Made by a program: the position numbers and the translations under genes | Shown: positions 19,664 through 29,755 of the stretch, one piece after another | Layout: each line of letters starts with the position of its first letter | How positions within the stretch are numbered: position 1 is the first letter of the stretch | The notes under the pieces: model-generated | What the model saw: the letters and a program-made list of their open reading frames with translations, nothing else | What the model was told of the DNA's origin: nothing | Databases searched by the model: none | Assembly (NCBI GenBank): GCA_963797715.1 | Contig: CAWCQS010000015.1 | Span: 168,792-232,791, forward strand | Direction of reading: 5' to 3' | DNA length: 64,000 nt | Source: an uncultured Acidobacteriota bacterium | GTDB taxonomy: Bacteria > Acidobacteriota > Vicinamibacteria > Vicinamibacterales > 2-12-FULL-66-21

Positions 19664-20576
19664 TTCGGCCCCGCTCTGGGTATCGTTGTCGGCGTCTGCG
19701 ATTCGCGCGCTGCCGTTCGGCCGCTATCAGGCGGCAAACGCGCTGGCGCGGTTCGCTGGCCCGCCGTTCCTGGCTCGACTGCCGTCCGATCTCGGCCGCT
19801 CGAGCTTCGTTTGCGATCTTCACGACACGATCGCCCGCGAAGTATGTTTCACCGGCCGCTACGAGCCGCAAGAGACCCAGCTGGCGCTGCGCCTGCTTGG
19901 TGCGGGCATGACGGTCGTCGATGCCGGGGCGAACTGGGGATACTTCACGCTCGTATGCGCGCATCGCGTCGGTGCATCGGGGCGCGTGCTCGCGCTCGAG
20001 CCGCACCCGCGACTGGCCTCGATGCTCGGCGAGAACGTGACCGTGAATCGCTTGTCGCAGGTCGAGGTGATCCGGGTGGCGGCCGGTGCTGCCGCCGGAA
20101 CGGCGGCATTCGTCGGCTTCGACGAGCGTGACGGCAATTCGGGCGTGTCGCGCGCCGCACGCGCCGCCGATCACGTCGACTTCGAATCACCGGTTGCAGG
20201 GCTCGACACGTTGCTCGACGAGCGGAAGATTGACCGAGTGGACCTCGTCAAACTCGATATCGAAGGCGCCGAGATCGAAGCGCTCCGCGGCATGACCACC
20301 GGTCTCATGAAACGCCGTTACCGATTCGTCCTGCTCGAGTGTCATCCCCAGCACCTCGAGCACCTCGGTGCATCGGTGAATGACTGCCTGGCGCCGTTCG
20401 ATCACGCCGGCTATCGCGGCTGGCGGATCGACCACTCACCATCCATGCATCGCCGGGCGGCGGAGCGCGTGGTCCCGACCAGCGAACTGCTCACACCGCT
20501 CGAGCACTCGCCCACGGCCACAGAGGTGTGGCCGCACTTTCTGTGGACCGCGCCGGGCGAAGCGCTGCCGGAATGA
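19656..20576 (+). CDS. FkbM-family methyltransferase
   Basis: VVDAGANWGYFTLVCAHRVGASGRVLALEPHP and VDLVKLDIEGAEIEALRGM are FkbM (Methyltransf_21) hallmarks. Confidence 0.85.
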   Translation: MRDSAPLWVSLSASAIRALPFGRYQAANALARFAGPPFLARLPSDLGRSSFVCDLHDTIAREVCFTGRYEPQETQLALRLLGAGMTVVDAGANWGYFTLVCAHRVGASGRVLALEPHPRLASMLGENVTVNRLSQVEVIRVAAGAAAGTAAFVGFDERDGNSGVSRAARAADHVDFESPVAGLDTLLDERKIDRVDLVKLDIEGAEIEALRGMTTGLMKRRYRFVLLECHPQHLEHLGASVNDCLAPFDHAGYRGWRIDHSPSMHRRAAERVVPTSELLTPLEHSPTATEVWPHFLWTAPGEALPE

Positions 20577-21764
20577 ATGCGAATCGCCTATTTGAGCGTC
20601 TCGGACCAGTTGGGCGGCTCGGAAATCGTGCTGCTCGAGATCCTCAAAGGCGTCCGCCGGCTCCATCCCGAGTGGAAGATTCATCTGGTGCTACCGGGCC
20701 GCGGTCCGCTGCTCGAGCGCGCGGAAACCATTGGCGCCGACTGCGTGATGGTTCCAATGCCGCCATCGCTCGCTCGGCTGGGTGAATCGGGTGCCGGCCC
20801 TGTGTCGCTCGTGGCGCGACTGATGCCCGTGGCGCTCGCGTTACCTGGATATGTGCGTCGCGTTCGAACCGTGCTCGACGCCGCCCGTCCGGACATCGTC
20901 CACACCAACGGTTTCAAGGCTCACGTGGTCGGCGCGCGTGCACGACGAGCATCGAGGCTCGTGTGGCACCTGCACGAGTACATCGGTGCGAGACAGGTGA
21001 CACGTTCTCTGCTCGCCCGGCACCAGGCAGGCGTGACGGCGATGATTGCAAACTCGAAGAGCGTCGCGGCAGATGTCACCGAGACGCTTCAGCCGACCGT
21101 CCAAGTGCACGTCGTGCCGAACGCCGTCGACCTGGCGACATTCTCGCCGCAGGGACCAGTCGAGAACCTGGATCGTCGCGCCGCGGTCGCGCCGCCGGCA
21201 GGTCCAGTCGTACGCGTCGGTCTGGTCGCCACCTTCGCACGCTGGAAGGGTCACGATGTCTTCCTCGAGGCGCTGTCGGCGATCCCTGCAGGAGTTCCGG
21301 TCCGTGGTTACGTGATCGGCGACGCCCTGTACGATACCGCTGGGAGTCAGCACTCGCTCCAGGAGCTCAGGGCACTGGCGGATCGCTACGGTCTCGGCGA
21401 CCGCATCGGCTTCACGGGTTTTCTTCCGGCCGCGCCATCGATGCGCGCGCTCGACATCGTCGTCCACGCCAGCACGCGTCCGGAGCCGTTCGGATTGGTC
21501 ATTGCCGAGGCCATGGCGTGTGGCCGAGCGGTGATTACGAGCGGGGCGGGTGGAGCAGGTGAGCTCGTGAAGGCAGGACACGACGCGCTGACGCACACGC
21601 CTGGCGACTCACGCTCGCTTGCAGAGTGCATCGAGCGCCTCGCCATCGATCCAGGGTTGCGCCGAACGCTTGGCGCCAACGCGCGCGCATCGGCGTGCGA
21701 ACGCTTCGACTCCGACCGTCTCGCACGCGACGTCATCGCCGTGTATGAAGCCATTTGCGGTTAG
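20577..21764 (+). CDS. Glycosyltransferase family 4
   Basis: MRIAYLSVSDQLGGSE... and EPFGLVIAEAMACGRAVITSGAGGAGELV. The ATG directly abuts the upstream TGA. Confidence 0.85.
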   Translation: MRIAYLSVSDQLGGSEIVLLEILKGVRRLHPEWKIHLVLPGRGPLLERAETIGADCVMVPMPPSLARLGESGAGPVSLVARLMPVALALPGYVRRVRTVLDAARPDIVHTNGFKAHVVGARARRASRLVWHLHEYIGARQVTRSLLARHQAGVTAMIANSKSVAADVTETLQPTVQVHVVPNAVDLATFSPQGPVENLDRRAAVAPPAGPVVRVGLVATFARWKGHDVFLEALSAIPAGVPVRGYVIGDALYDTAGSQHSLQELRALADRYGLGDRIGFTGFLPAAPSMRALDIVVHASTRPEPFGLVIAEAMACGRAVITSGAGGAGELVKAGHDALTHTPGDSRSLAECIERLAIDPGLRRTLGANARASACERFDSDRLARDVIAVYEAICG

Positions 21765-23079
21765 TCCGTCGCCGCCGGCATCGACGAGCTGGGGCCTTGC
21801 CGAGCTCTTCATCGTCAGCCAGACGGCCATTCCGGCGTTGCTCTTTCTGCCTGGCACGCAGGGCATGCGCTTCTACGTGCGCGTCGCGTCGTTCGCCTTC
21901 TCGATGGCGCTGCTCGTCTGGTGGGGATTTGGCAGCGCCAGGAACAGCAAGGGACACCCCGCGCAGACGTGGCTGATCGTGGCCATGATCTACACGGCGG
22001 CGATGGTCTTTCATCCCTTCACGAGCTCGACGCTCGCAGGGCTCGCGCAGCTCGTTCTCTATGCCTCGGTGATCGCGCCGCTGTTCTGGGCGCCAGCTGT
22101 TGTCCGAAGTCCCGAGCACCTGGCGCGACTGATGACGCTGCTGCTCATTTGCAACGGCGTGAACGCCTGCGTCGGCGTCCTTCAGGTCTATGACCCCGCG
22201 CACTGGATGCCGCAGGAGATGTCGCGGATCGTGACCGAATCCGACTACGGCTTGGGCGCGGTCACGTACCAAGGGCCCAACGGGCTGATCGTGCGGCCGC
22301 CGGGGCTGTTCGACAATCCAGGAGCGGTTGCAGGCCCTGGGATGTACGCCGCGCTGCTCGGCCTGGTCTACGCGACGAGCGCGGCCACGCTGTGGAAGCG
22401 GGCCTTGGCGCTGCTCGGTTCGTTTGCAGGTGTCGCCGCCATTTATCTGAGCCAGGTCCGCGTCTCGCTCGTCGTCCTCGTCATCATGCTTGGCACTTAC
22501 GCGGGGCTGCTGATGTTTCAGCAGCGTAAGCAACGAGCCGTCATCTTTGTTGCCGTCGCCGGCGGCATCGTCGTCGCTACGTTTACTTTCGCGCTCACGC
22601 TCGGCGGCGTGAGCATTGCGGAGCGGACGCTCACGCTTTTTGCGCAGGACCCGGTGACGTTGTATTCGGCATCGCGGGGCGGACAGCTCGTCTACACGTT
22701 CGACGATCTCATCAACAGCTACCCGCTCGGCGCCGGCCTTGGCCGCTGGGGAATGATCAACGGCTATTTCGGCGCCGGGTCCGAACGTCCGCTCTGGGCA
22801 GAGATTCAGATAGCTGGCTGGGCGATCGACGGCGGCATTCCGCTCATCGTCGTGAGCGTCGCGGCGCTGGCGGTGGCCTTGCTGGCCGATCGCCGGCTGG
22901 CGCTCTTTGACGCGGACGCGAAGGTACGAGCGTGCGCTGGAGTGGTGCTGGCCGCCAACATCGGAACGGCGGCGCTCATCTTCAGCTTCACTCCATTTGT
23001 CACGCAGATCGGGCTTCAGTTCTGGTTTCTGGCCGGTGCCGTTCAGGCGATCGCCACGCCGCGCCTCGCGAGCCGATGA
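21745..23079 (+). CDS. O-antigen polymerase/ligase-like (Wzy-type) polytopic membrane protein
   Basis: Track ORF 21619..23079 is trimmed to the in-frame ATG at 21745. It has at least 10 hydrophobic helices and a large loop with YPLGAGLGRWGM. It sits within a GT operon. Confidence 0.6.
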   Translation: MKPFAVSPSPPASTSWGLAELFIVSQTAIPALLFLPGTQGMRFYVRVASFAFSMALLVWWGFGSARNSKGHPAQTWLIVAMIYTAAMVFHPFTSSTLAGLAQLVLYASVIAPLFWAPAVVRSPEHLARLMTLLLICNGVNACVGVLQVYDPAHWMPQEMSRIVTESDYGLGAVTYQGPNGLIVRPPGLFDNPGAVAGPGMYAALLGLVYATSAATLWKRALALLGSFAGVAAIYLSQVRVSLVVLVIMLGTYAGLLMFQQRKQRAVIFVAVAGGIVVATFTFALTLGGVSIAERTLTLFAQDPVTLYSASRGGQLVYTFDDLINSYPLGAGLGRWGMINGYFGAGSERPLWAEIQIAGWAIDGGIPLIVVSVAALAVALLADRRLALFDADAKVRACAGVVLAANIGTAALIFSFTPFVTQIGLQFWFLAGAVQAIATPRLASR

Positions 23080-24209
23080 GCACGTGGCTGCTCGTCTCCG
23101 GTGACTTCACTCAGTACGGCGGTATGGACCGCGCGAACTCGGCGCTTGCAGGCTATCTGGCGCGGAATCACGAAGACATCCATCTCGTCAGCCACCAGGT
23201 GTCGCCTGAGCTCGCGGCTCTGCCCGGCGTCCACGTGCACGCCGTCGCCCGGCCGCTCGGCATGCACACGCTCGGGGAGCCGATGCTCCGCTCTGCCGCA
23301 CAGCGCGTGCACCAGCGTCTGTGTTCGCCAGCACTGCGATCGCTCGCCAACGGTGGCAACGCGGATCTCGGCGATCTCAACTGGGTGCACTACGTGCACG
23401 CGGCGTTCGATCCACCGGCGGCAGGACTTCGCAACCGCTTGCGCGCGAATTGGAGTCGGCATCGGTATCTCGCCGACGAGCGTCAGGCGCTCGGTCGCGC
23501 GCGACTCGTCATCTGCAACAGCAACCGCACTGTCGAGGATGTCGCGAGGCTGGGTGTCCCGCGCAGTCGCACCCTCGTGGCTTACTACGGCACCGATCCG
23601 TTGACGTTCGGGCGTGTGGAGGCTGCCGAACGTGGCGCCGCCCGTCGCGCGCTCTCCCTTCCGGCCGATCGGCCGTTGGCGCTCTTCGCTGGGGCGCTTG
23701 GTGATCGCCGAAAGGCGTTCGACACGGTGTTTGGCGCGTGGCAAGCGCTCTGCTCGCGCGCTGAGTGGGATGTGGATCTCGTCGTCGTGGGGATCGGCGC
23801 GGAACTCGAGGCGTGGAAGGCGCGCGCCGCCCGTGAGCTTCCCGAGAACAGGATGAGGTTCCTCGGGTTCCGCCGAGACATGCCGACCGTGCTCGCGGCA
23901 TGCGATCTGTTAATCCATCCGGCCAGATACGAAGCGTATGGCCTCGCCGTCCACGAGGCGCTCTGCCGCGGAGTGCCGGCACTCGTCAGCGCATCGGCAG
24001 GTGTCGCCGAACGATATCCCTCCGATCTCGCGCAACTGCTCCTGAGCGATCCCGATAGTGTGTCCGAGCTGATTACCCGCTTGGAAAACTGGCGCGGCGA
24101 TTCGACCATTCGGGCTCGCGTCGCTGAGTTTGGTGCCCGTCTGCGGTCGCGCACGTGGGATCACATGGCTCGCGAGATCGTGGCCGCAGCCGAGATGATC
24201 CAGGCGTGA
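23076..24209 (+). CDS. Glycosyltransferase family 4
   Basis: Start is ATG at 23076 (ATGA overlap with the upstream stop). The protein begins MSTWLLVSGDFTQYGGMDRAN and contains YEAYGLAVHEALCRGVPALVSASAGVAE. Confidence 0.8.
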   Translation: MSTWLLVSGDFTQYGGMDRANSALAGYLARNHEDIHLVSHQVSPELAALPGVHVHAVARPLGMHTLGEPMLRSAAQRVHQRLCSPALRSLANGGNADLGDLNWVHYVHAAFDPPAAGLRNRLRANWSRHRYLADERQALGRARLVICNSNRTVEDVARLGVPRSRTLVAYYGTDPLTFGRVEAAERGAARRALSLPADRPLALFAGALGDRRKAFDTVFGAWQALCSRAEWDVDLVVVGIGAELEAWKARAARELPENRMRFLGFRRDMPTVLAACDLLIHPARYEAYGLAVHEALCRGVPALVSASAGVAERYPSDLAQLLLSDPDSVSELITRLENWRGDSTIRARVAEFGARLRSRTWDHMAREIVAAAEMIQA

Positions 24210-25153
24210 GCGAGGCGACAGCGTTCTTCGCGACTGGGCCGTGTTGGGTGTGCGGCGGCAGCGATCTCACCAAGGTCCATGACGCGATCCTGGAGTTCTC
24301 GGCGTGGCGGGAGCAGGACCCGGAGCTGGCGGCGTTGACCGGCGAGCAGGTCTGGCTGGTGCGCTGTGGGGCCTGCGGCTTCGCGCAACCGAGCCGGATG
24401 CCCACGCTATCGCGTTTTTTCGAACGGATGTACGACCAGCGCTGGTCGGCCGAGTGGGTTGCGCAGGAATTCGACTCCACTTACAAAGATCTGATCTTTC
24501 GCCGGATTCTCGAGGAACTGGGCGGCCGCATCGTCGCGACGCCGCGCACGTTGCTCGATGTCGGTTGTCACGCCGGCCGCTTTCTGCTGTTGGCTCGAGA
24601 GGCGGGCTGGCGCGTTGAAGGGACTGAAATCAACGAACGGACGTCAGCGCACGCGGCGGCCCGCAGCGGTGCGGTCGTCCACCGCCTTGCCGCGGAGCGT
24701 CTTCCGGAATTGCGACGCCGGTTCGAAGCCGTCACGCTGACCGATGTCCTCGAGCACATTCCCGAGCCGGTGAGCTTGCTGTCGATCGTTCGCCGGGCTG
24801 TCGTGGACGGTGGTTGGGTCGCGGTCAAAGTGCCGTGCGGTTCTGCGCAACTGCTCAAGGAGACGTGGCGCGCCCGCCTGAAGACCGGCTATCGAGCGAC
24901 AGTTGCTGACAACCTCGTCCACGTCAACCATTTTTCACCGGCGGCGCTCCGGCACGCGCTCGAGCGCGCGGGCTTCGACGAGATCAGCGTCCAAATCGCG
25001 CCGCCCGAGTGCCCGCCGTCAGCGCCGGCGTCGACGCTGCTTCGGCGCTGCCTCTACAACGCGAGCCGTCTCATCCCGGGCGCCGTTCACACGCCCCTGG
25101 CGCTTCATCTCCAGGCGTTCGCACGAGCAGCACCGGTGTCGCACGAGTCATGA
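24206..25153 (+). CDS. Class I SAM-dependent methyltransferase with N-terminal Cys-rich (zinc-ribbon-like) segment
   Basis: GTG at 24206 overlaps the upstream TGA. CWVCGG...CGACGF is followed by LLDVGCHAGRFLLLAREAGWRVEGTE. Confidence 0.8.
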   Translation: MSEATAFFATGPCWVCGGSDLTKVHDAILEFSAWREQDPELAALTGEQVWLVRCGACGFAQPSRMPTLSRFFERMYDQRWSAEWVAQEFDSTYKDLIFRRILEELGGRIVATPRTLLDVGCHAGRFLLLAREAGWRVEGTEINERTSAHAAARSGAVVHRLAAERLPELRRRFEAVTLTDVLEHIPEPVSLLSIVRRAVVDGGWVAVKVPCGSAQLLKETWRARLKTGYRATVADNLVHVNHFSPAALRHALERAGFDEISVQIAPPECPPSAPASTLLRRCLYNASRLIPGAVHTPLALHLQAFARAAPVSHES

Positions 25154-26040
25154 CCGACTTCCGTCCGGCGCTGTCGGTTGTCATCCCAACCTTCAACAAC
25201 GAAGCGGTCCTGCGCCGCTGCCTCGCAAGTTGGCAGCGGTCTGGCGGCGGCGACACCGAGATCATCGTCATCGAAGATGGGTGCCGCGACGGCACGCGGG
25301 CCTTTCTCGAGTCGGAGGTCCGGTCGCGATGGGGTCAGCGACACCTGCGATGGCTCCATTTGGACGATGCGCACGAGTTGAGGTGCACGAATGCGGGGCT
25401 CGTCGCAGCGCGTGCGCCGCTGACGATGGCCTGGCAGGACGACATGTTCGTCACCGCCGATTGGCTTGTGCCCGAGCTGCTCTCGACATTCCGCGTTCAC
25501 GCCGACATCGGCTTGATGAGTTTGAGCCGAGGGCTCGATCACTACCCGCTCGACGAGCCAATCAATCGCTGGGAAGATCTCGTCGATTGGCGGCGCCTCC
25601 GCAGCACCATCGGTCCCGCGCCGGGCAACTGGTTTCGCATACAGGAAGTGGATGCCGTCATCAGACCGTGGATCGTGCGGCGTACCTGCATCGAACGCGT
25701 TGGCGCGCTTGACGAGGCGTTCGTGCCGACTGAGTGGGACGAAGCCGACCTCGCGTACAGGATTCGCGAGGCCGGTTGGAAGATCGCGACCTGCGGCTAC
25801 GAGCGGCTTGGTGGCTATGAGCACCTGGGCAGCAGCACGCTGGGCGAGTTGAGCGCGGCGTACAAGGCGCGGGTGTTGAAGAACGGCTTGCTCTTTCACG
25901 AGCGTTGGTCGCCAATAGTCGCGCGCGATCATTCGAGAACGCGGCGGACGTGGTTGCGTCAGACGACGCCAGCCGGGTGGGCGCAAGCGATGTCGAAGGC
26001 GGCGGCGCGAGTCCTCTCTTTCGCTTCGGCCAAAGGGTGA
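25150..26040 (+). CDS. Glycosyltransferase family 2
   Basis: ATG at 25150 (ATGA overlap). LSVVIPTFNNEAVLRRCL...EIIVIEDGCRDGT is a GT-A DxD-type N-terminus. Confidence 0.85.
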   Translation: MTDFRPALSVVIPTFNNEAVLRRCLASWQRSGGGDTEIIVIEDGCRDGTRAFLESEVRSRWGQRHLRWLHLDDAHELRCTNAGLVAARAPLTMAWQDDMFVTADWLVPELLSTFRVHADIGLMSLSRGLDHYPLDEPINRWEDLVDWRRLRSTIGPAPGNWFRIQEVDAVIRPWIVRRTCIERVGALDEAFVPTEWDEADLAYRIREAGWKIATCGYERLGGYEHLGSSTLGELSAAYKARVLKNGLLFHERWSPIVARDHSRTRRTWLRQTTPAGWAQAMSKAAARVLSFASAKG

Positions 26041-26046
26041 CGGGCG

Positions 26047-26931
26047 GTGCTGAAGACGGTGCGCAACGCAGCGGCTTCGATGGGCGCCTGGACGCTGTAT
26101 CACGTTCCGGCGCTCGAAGCGCCCTATGCGTACGCGGCACACGCCGCGCGCCGCCTGCCGGGCATCCACACGCTGTTCCGCGAAACGACGGACCGACTGG
26201 TGAATCGCCTGTCGCGGGAACGCGCCGCCGAGCGGCGAGTGCGTATCGGACCGGTCGAACCGCTCTTCGACGTCAGCAGCTTCACCGTCAAGGGTCGCTA
26301 CTTCGCGCATGTTCCGTATGAGCCGGGGGCAACCGGGCTCGTGCTCGACGCGCTCGCGCCCGGTGACGTCTTCGTAGATATTGGCGCGAACAACGGCTAC
26401 TTCACGATCCTCGCGGCGCTCCGTGTCGGGTGCAGTGGACGCGTGTTCGCGTTCGAACCGAATCCGGCCGTGCGACGGCGGCTCGCGCATCACGTAGCCA
26501 TCAACGGCGTTGACGATCGCGTGTTGATATCCGACGTCGCTATCGCGGGAGCGGACAGGGAGGATGGTCAGCTGTTCGTGTCGTGTTGGCCCGAGAACGA
26601 CGGCATCGCGTCGCTGACGCCGGCGGCAGACACCGTGGCGCGAGGCGGTCTTCGCGACGATCGTTCGGTGTTCGTGCGTGTGCGCACGTTCGATAGCTGG
26701 ATGGAATCGGCCGCGTTGACCCGTATCGACCTGCTGAAGATCGACGTCGAAGGCGCGGAGGCGCAGGTCCTGTCGGGCATGGCCCGCACTTTTACGCACG
26801 TCCGTCCCCGTCGAATCATCTGCGAGACGCCAATGGGTAGCGACGCTGTGGCGATGCTGCGCGTACACGGCTACTCGCCATCGATGCTCGACGAGATTCC
26901 GGACGGCATTCCCAATCTTCTGTTCGAATAG
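26047..26931 (+). CDS. FkbM-family methyltransferase
   Basis: VFVDIGANNGYFTILAALRVGCSGRVFAFEPNP and IDLLKIDVEGAEAQVLSGM. Confidence 0.85.
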   Translation: MLKTVRNAAASMGAWTLYHVPALEAPYAYAAHAARRLPGIHTLFRETTDRLVNRLSRERAAERRVRIGPVEPLFDVSSFTVKGRYFAHVPYEPGATGLVLDALAPGDVFVDIGANNGYFTILAALRVGCSGRVFAFEPNPAVRRRLAHHVAINGVDDRVLISDVAIAGADREDGQLFVSCWPENDGIASLTPAADTVARGGLRDDRSVFVRVRTFDSWMESAALTRIDLLKIDVEGAEAQVLSGMARTFTHVRPRRIICETPMGSDAVAMLRVHGYSPSMLDEIPDGIPNLLFE

Positions 26932-28586
26932 TGCTAACCACCGTGTCCTCGCGCGCGCGAACACTCGCCGCCGTTCCTTACGGCCGCATTCTCCAGGCGC
27001 TCTACTCGAAACGTGGGCTGCCGTGGAAGGTTCACGACGAACTCGTTCGCATCGACCCAGGTGCGCGCCACCTCGTTCCTCACGAGCCGGAACCGGCGCT
27101 GTTCGAGTTCCTGCGAGCGACGATTCGCCCTGGCGACGTCGTGCTCGATGTGGGCGCCTTCGTTGGTGTCTACGCCGTGCTTGCGGCGCGGTGGTCCAGT
27201 CCCGGCGGACACGTGATTGCTCTCGAGCCGACACCATCGAGCGCGGCGCTGGCGCGAAACCATCTGATGTTCAACGGAGTGGATGCGGCCGCGGCCGAGC
27301 TTGTCGAGGCTGCGGTATCGGATCGATCCGGTACCGCGACGTTGCACGAATACGACAACTGCGGCATGCCGTACGTCAACAGCCTGGTCTGCGCCGTCGA
27401 TACCGACGCGGCCCCGGCCGTTCGTCAGGTGACCGTCGTCACGATCGACGAGATCTGCCGCAGGCTACGGGTGGTGCCCTCAGTTGTTCGAATGGACGTG
27501 CAAGGTGCCGAGATTCAAGCGCTCCGCGGCGCCAGCGAGACGATCCGGCTTGCGCCGAGGTTGTCGCTCGTCGTCGAGATGCACCCGCAGTGCTGGCCAT
27601 CGTTTGGTGTGACCGAGCAGGATGTGCGCGACACATTGCGCGATCTCGGACTCGCGGCCCGTCCACTCGTGACAGGCGAAGAGCTGTTTGCTCGCGACAC
27701 GCACGCGGTAACTCACGCGGTGCGGGGAGCAGGGATTGTGAGCGCGTCGGGCGGCGATTCCTTTCGCAATCGCTCGATGTCCGAGCGAGTCGCCGGCGTA
27801 TTGCCAGCACACGGCGGCTTTGCGTCGGTGCGGCGATGGCTCAAGCCACTCTTTTCCCGGTGGCTGGCGCCAGCGGGAGGGGGGCTGCGATCGGTTCTGC
27901 CACATGGGGAGGAGGTTCTCGTCTCGCCGGCGTACCGGCACATGACGTGGAATCGCGAGGAATACGAGGCGTTGCGCGCGGCAGTGCGTCCGGGCGACAC
28001 CGTGCTCGAGGCTGGCGCCAATGTGGGCGCGTATACGATGCTGTTCGCGCAGTGGGCGGGCCCGTCGGGCCGAGTGTTTGCGTTCGAACCGGACAGACGC
28101 GCATATGCGGGGCTGCAAGCGCACGCTGCCCTCAACGGCGTCTCGGATCGCGTGACCGCAGTGCCGTCAGCGATTGCCGATGGTCGAGAATCACGATTGC
28201 GATTCGAAGTCGGCACATCGTCTGGCGTCAGCCGCATCGTCGCGCGCGCGGACGAAACCCCTGGCGTCGAAGAAGTCGAGGCGATTTCGATCGATCGTTT
28301 CTGTGGCCAGCGAGGCATCGTGCCGCGGGTCATCAAGATCGATGTCGAGGGAGCGGAGCTGGCGGCGCTCCGGGGTGCGAAGGAGACGATTGCGGCTGCG
28401 GGCGGCGCGCTGCAACTGTTCGTCGAGATGCATCCGCACCTGTGGCCCGAGTTCGGCATCACGACCGACGACATTCGCCGCGAGTGTGACGCGCACGGTC
28501 TCTCTGTAGAGACGATCGACGGCAGCCGCGCCAACGTCTGGCAGGTCGAAGGCGTGTGCTTGCGGCTTCGTCCCACACGCGCATGA
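26931..28586 (+). CDS. Tandem-domain (duplicated) FkbM-family methyltransferase
   Basis: There are two complete FkbM modules in one 551-aa ORF. Module 1 has VVLDVGAFVGVYAVLAARW...VIALEP...VRMDVQGAEIQALRGA. Module 2 has TVLEAGANVGAYTMLFAQW...VFAFEP...IKIDVEGAELAALRGA. Confidence 0.85.
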   Translation: MLTTVSSRARTLAAVPYGRILQALYSKRGLPWKVHDELVRIDPGARHLVPHEPEPALFEFLRATIRPGDVVLDVGAFVGVYAVLAARWSSPGGHVIALEPTPSSAALARNHLMFNGVDAAAAELVEAAVSDRSGTATLHEYDNCGMPYVNSLVCAVDTDAAPAVRQVTVVTIDEICRRLRVVPSVVRMDVQGAEIQALRGASETIRLAPRLSLVVEMHPQCWPSFGVTEQDVRDTLRDLGLAARPLVTGEELFARDTHAVTHAVRGAGIVSASGGDSFRNRSMSERVAGVLPAHGGFASVRRWLKPLFSRWLAPAGGGLRSVLPHGEEVLVSPAYRHMTWNREEYEALRAAVRPGDTVLEAGANVGAYTMLFAQWAGPSGRVFAFEPDRRAYAGLQAHAALNGVSDRVTAVPSAIADGRESRLRFEVGTSSGVSRIVARADETPGVEEVEAISIDRFCGQRGIVPRVIKIDVEGAELAALRGAKETIAAAGGALQLFVEMHPHLWPEFGITTDDIRRECDAHGLSVETIDGSRANVWQVEGVCLRLRPTRA

Positions 28587-29752
28587 GGATCGCCGTTGCG
28601 CACGAGTCGGTGGGCACGGATGGTGGAGTCGAGACGTATCTGCTCTCGACGATTCAGGGACTCCGCCATCGCGGGCATCAGGTGGCCTTGGTCTACTACC
28701 GCCGTAGCGACAGCGCGACGCCGCTCCGCAGCTCGTCGCACGTCGCGCTCGGTATCGAAGAGCACGGCATCGATGCCGTATTCGACGAGCTCGGCGCCTG
28801 GCGGCCGGACGTCGCCTTCTCGCACAACATGGGCCCGCTCATCGTCGATCGACGGCTCATGGATCGATGGCCGGCCGTCAAGATGTTGCACGGTTACTTT
28901 GGTACCTGCGTAAGCGGCCTCAAGATGCATGCGTTTCCGTCGCCCTGCGCCTGCGATCGCACGTTCGGGCCGGCCTGCCTGGCTCTTTACGCTCCTCGAC
29001 GCTGCGGCGAGCTGTCCGCGTCCGCAATGATCAGGGGCTATCGCTGGGCGCATGAGCAGCGTGGGTTGTTCGGACGATACGCGCGGACAATCGTCGCCAG
29101 CCAACACATGCGCGACGAGATGCTTCGTCACGGCGCACCTGGCGACAGGCTCGACGTGTTGCCGCTCTTCTCGACCTTGAAAAGTCAGGCCGAATCGCCC
29201 AGCGCCGAGCGCGACACAGTGCTTTTTGCTGGCCGCATGACGTCCCTCAAGGGCGGGCAGGTCCTGGTGAGTGCCGCAGCACACGCGTCGCGGCTCCTGG
29301 GTCGTCCCGTGAATGTGATCATGGCTGGGGATGGACCGCAGAAGGGAGCGTGGCGCGCCCTCGCTCGGTCGCTCGGCGTACCGCTGGAGTTGACGGGATG
29401 GCTGACGCTCGACGATCGTGCTCGCGTCTACGCGCGCGGCATGATCGCCGTGATGCCGAGCCTGTGGCCAGAGCCGTTCGGCCTCAGCGGACTCGATGCG
29501 GCGGCACTCGGTCGCCCAACGATTGCATTCGACGTCGGCGGCATAAGGGAGTGGCTCACTGATGGCGTGAATGGGTTGCTGGTCGCGCCCCGAGCCGGCG
29601 CAGAAGGACTCGCGCGCGCGATCGCGTCCATGCTCGATCGTCCGGCTGAATGTGCGCGAATGGGGCAGTGCGCCCTCGAAGTATCGTGCCGCATGTCACC
29701 GGCAGCGCACGTCGAACGGCTCGAAGCCGTTTTGCGTCGAGCCGCAGCCTGA
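28583..29752 (+). CDS. Glycosyltransferase family 4
   Basis: ATG at 28583 (ATGA overlap). The protein begins MRIAVAHESVGTDGGVETYL and contains EPFGLSGLDAAALGRPTIAFDVGGIREW. Confidence 0.8.
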   Translation: MRIAVAHESVGTDGGVETYLLSTIQGLRHRGHQVALVYYRRSDSATPLRSSSHVALGIEEHGIDAVFDELGAWRPDVAFSHNMGPLIVDRRLMDRWPAVKMLHGYFGTCVSGLKMHAFPSPCACDRTFGPACLALYAPRRCGELSASAMIRGYRWAHEQRGLFGRYARTIVASQHMRDEMLRHGAPGDRLDVLPLFSTLKSQAESPSAERDTVLFAGRMTSLKGGQVLVSAAAHASRLLGRPVNVIMAGDGPQKGAWRALARSLGVPLELTGWLTLDDRARVYARGMIAVMPSLWPEPFGLSGLDAAALGRPTIAFDVGGIREWLTDGVNGLLVAPRAGAEGLARAIASMLDRPAECARMGQCALEVSCRMSPAAHVERLEAVLRRAAA

Positions 29753-29755
29753 CGC

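Noticed and set aside
25105-27237. A 710-aa minus-strand ORF, the longest unexplained ORF in the polysaccharide locus.
   Set aside because: It is antisense to three motif-supported genes (one GT2 and two FkbM). Its translation is Arg/Pro/Ala-rich with no recognisable motif. It is a shadow ORF.
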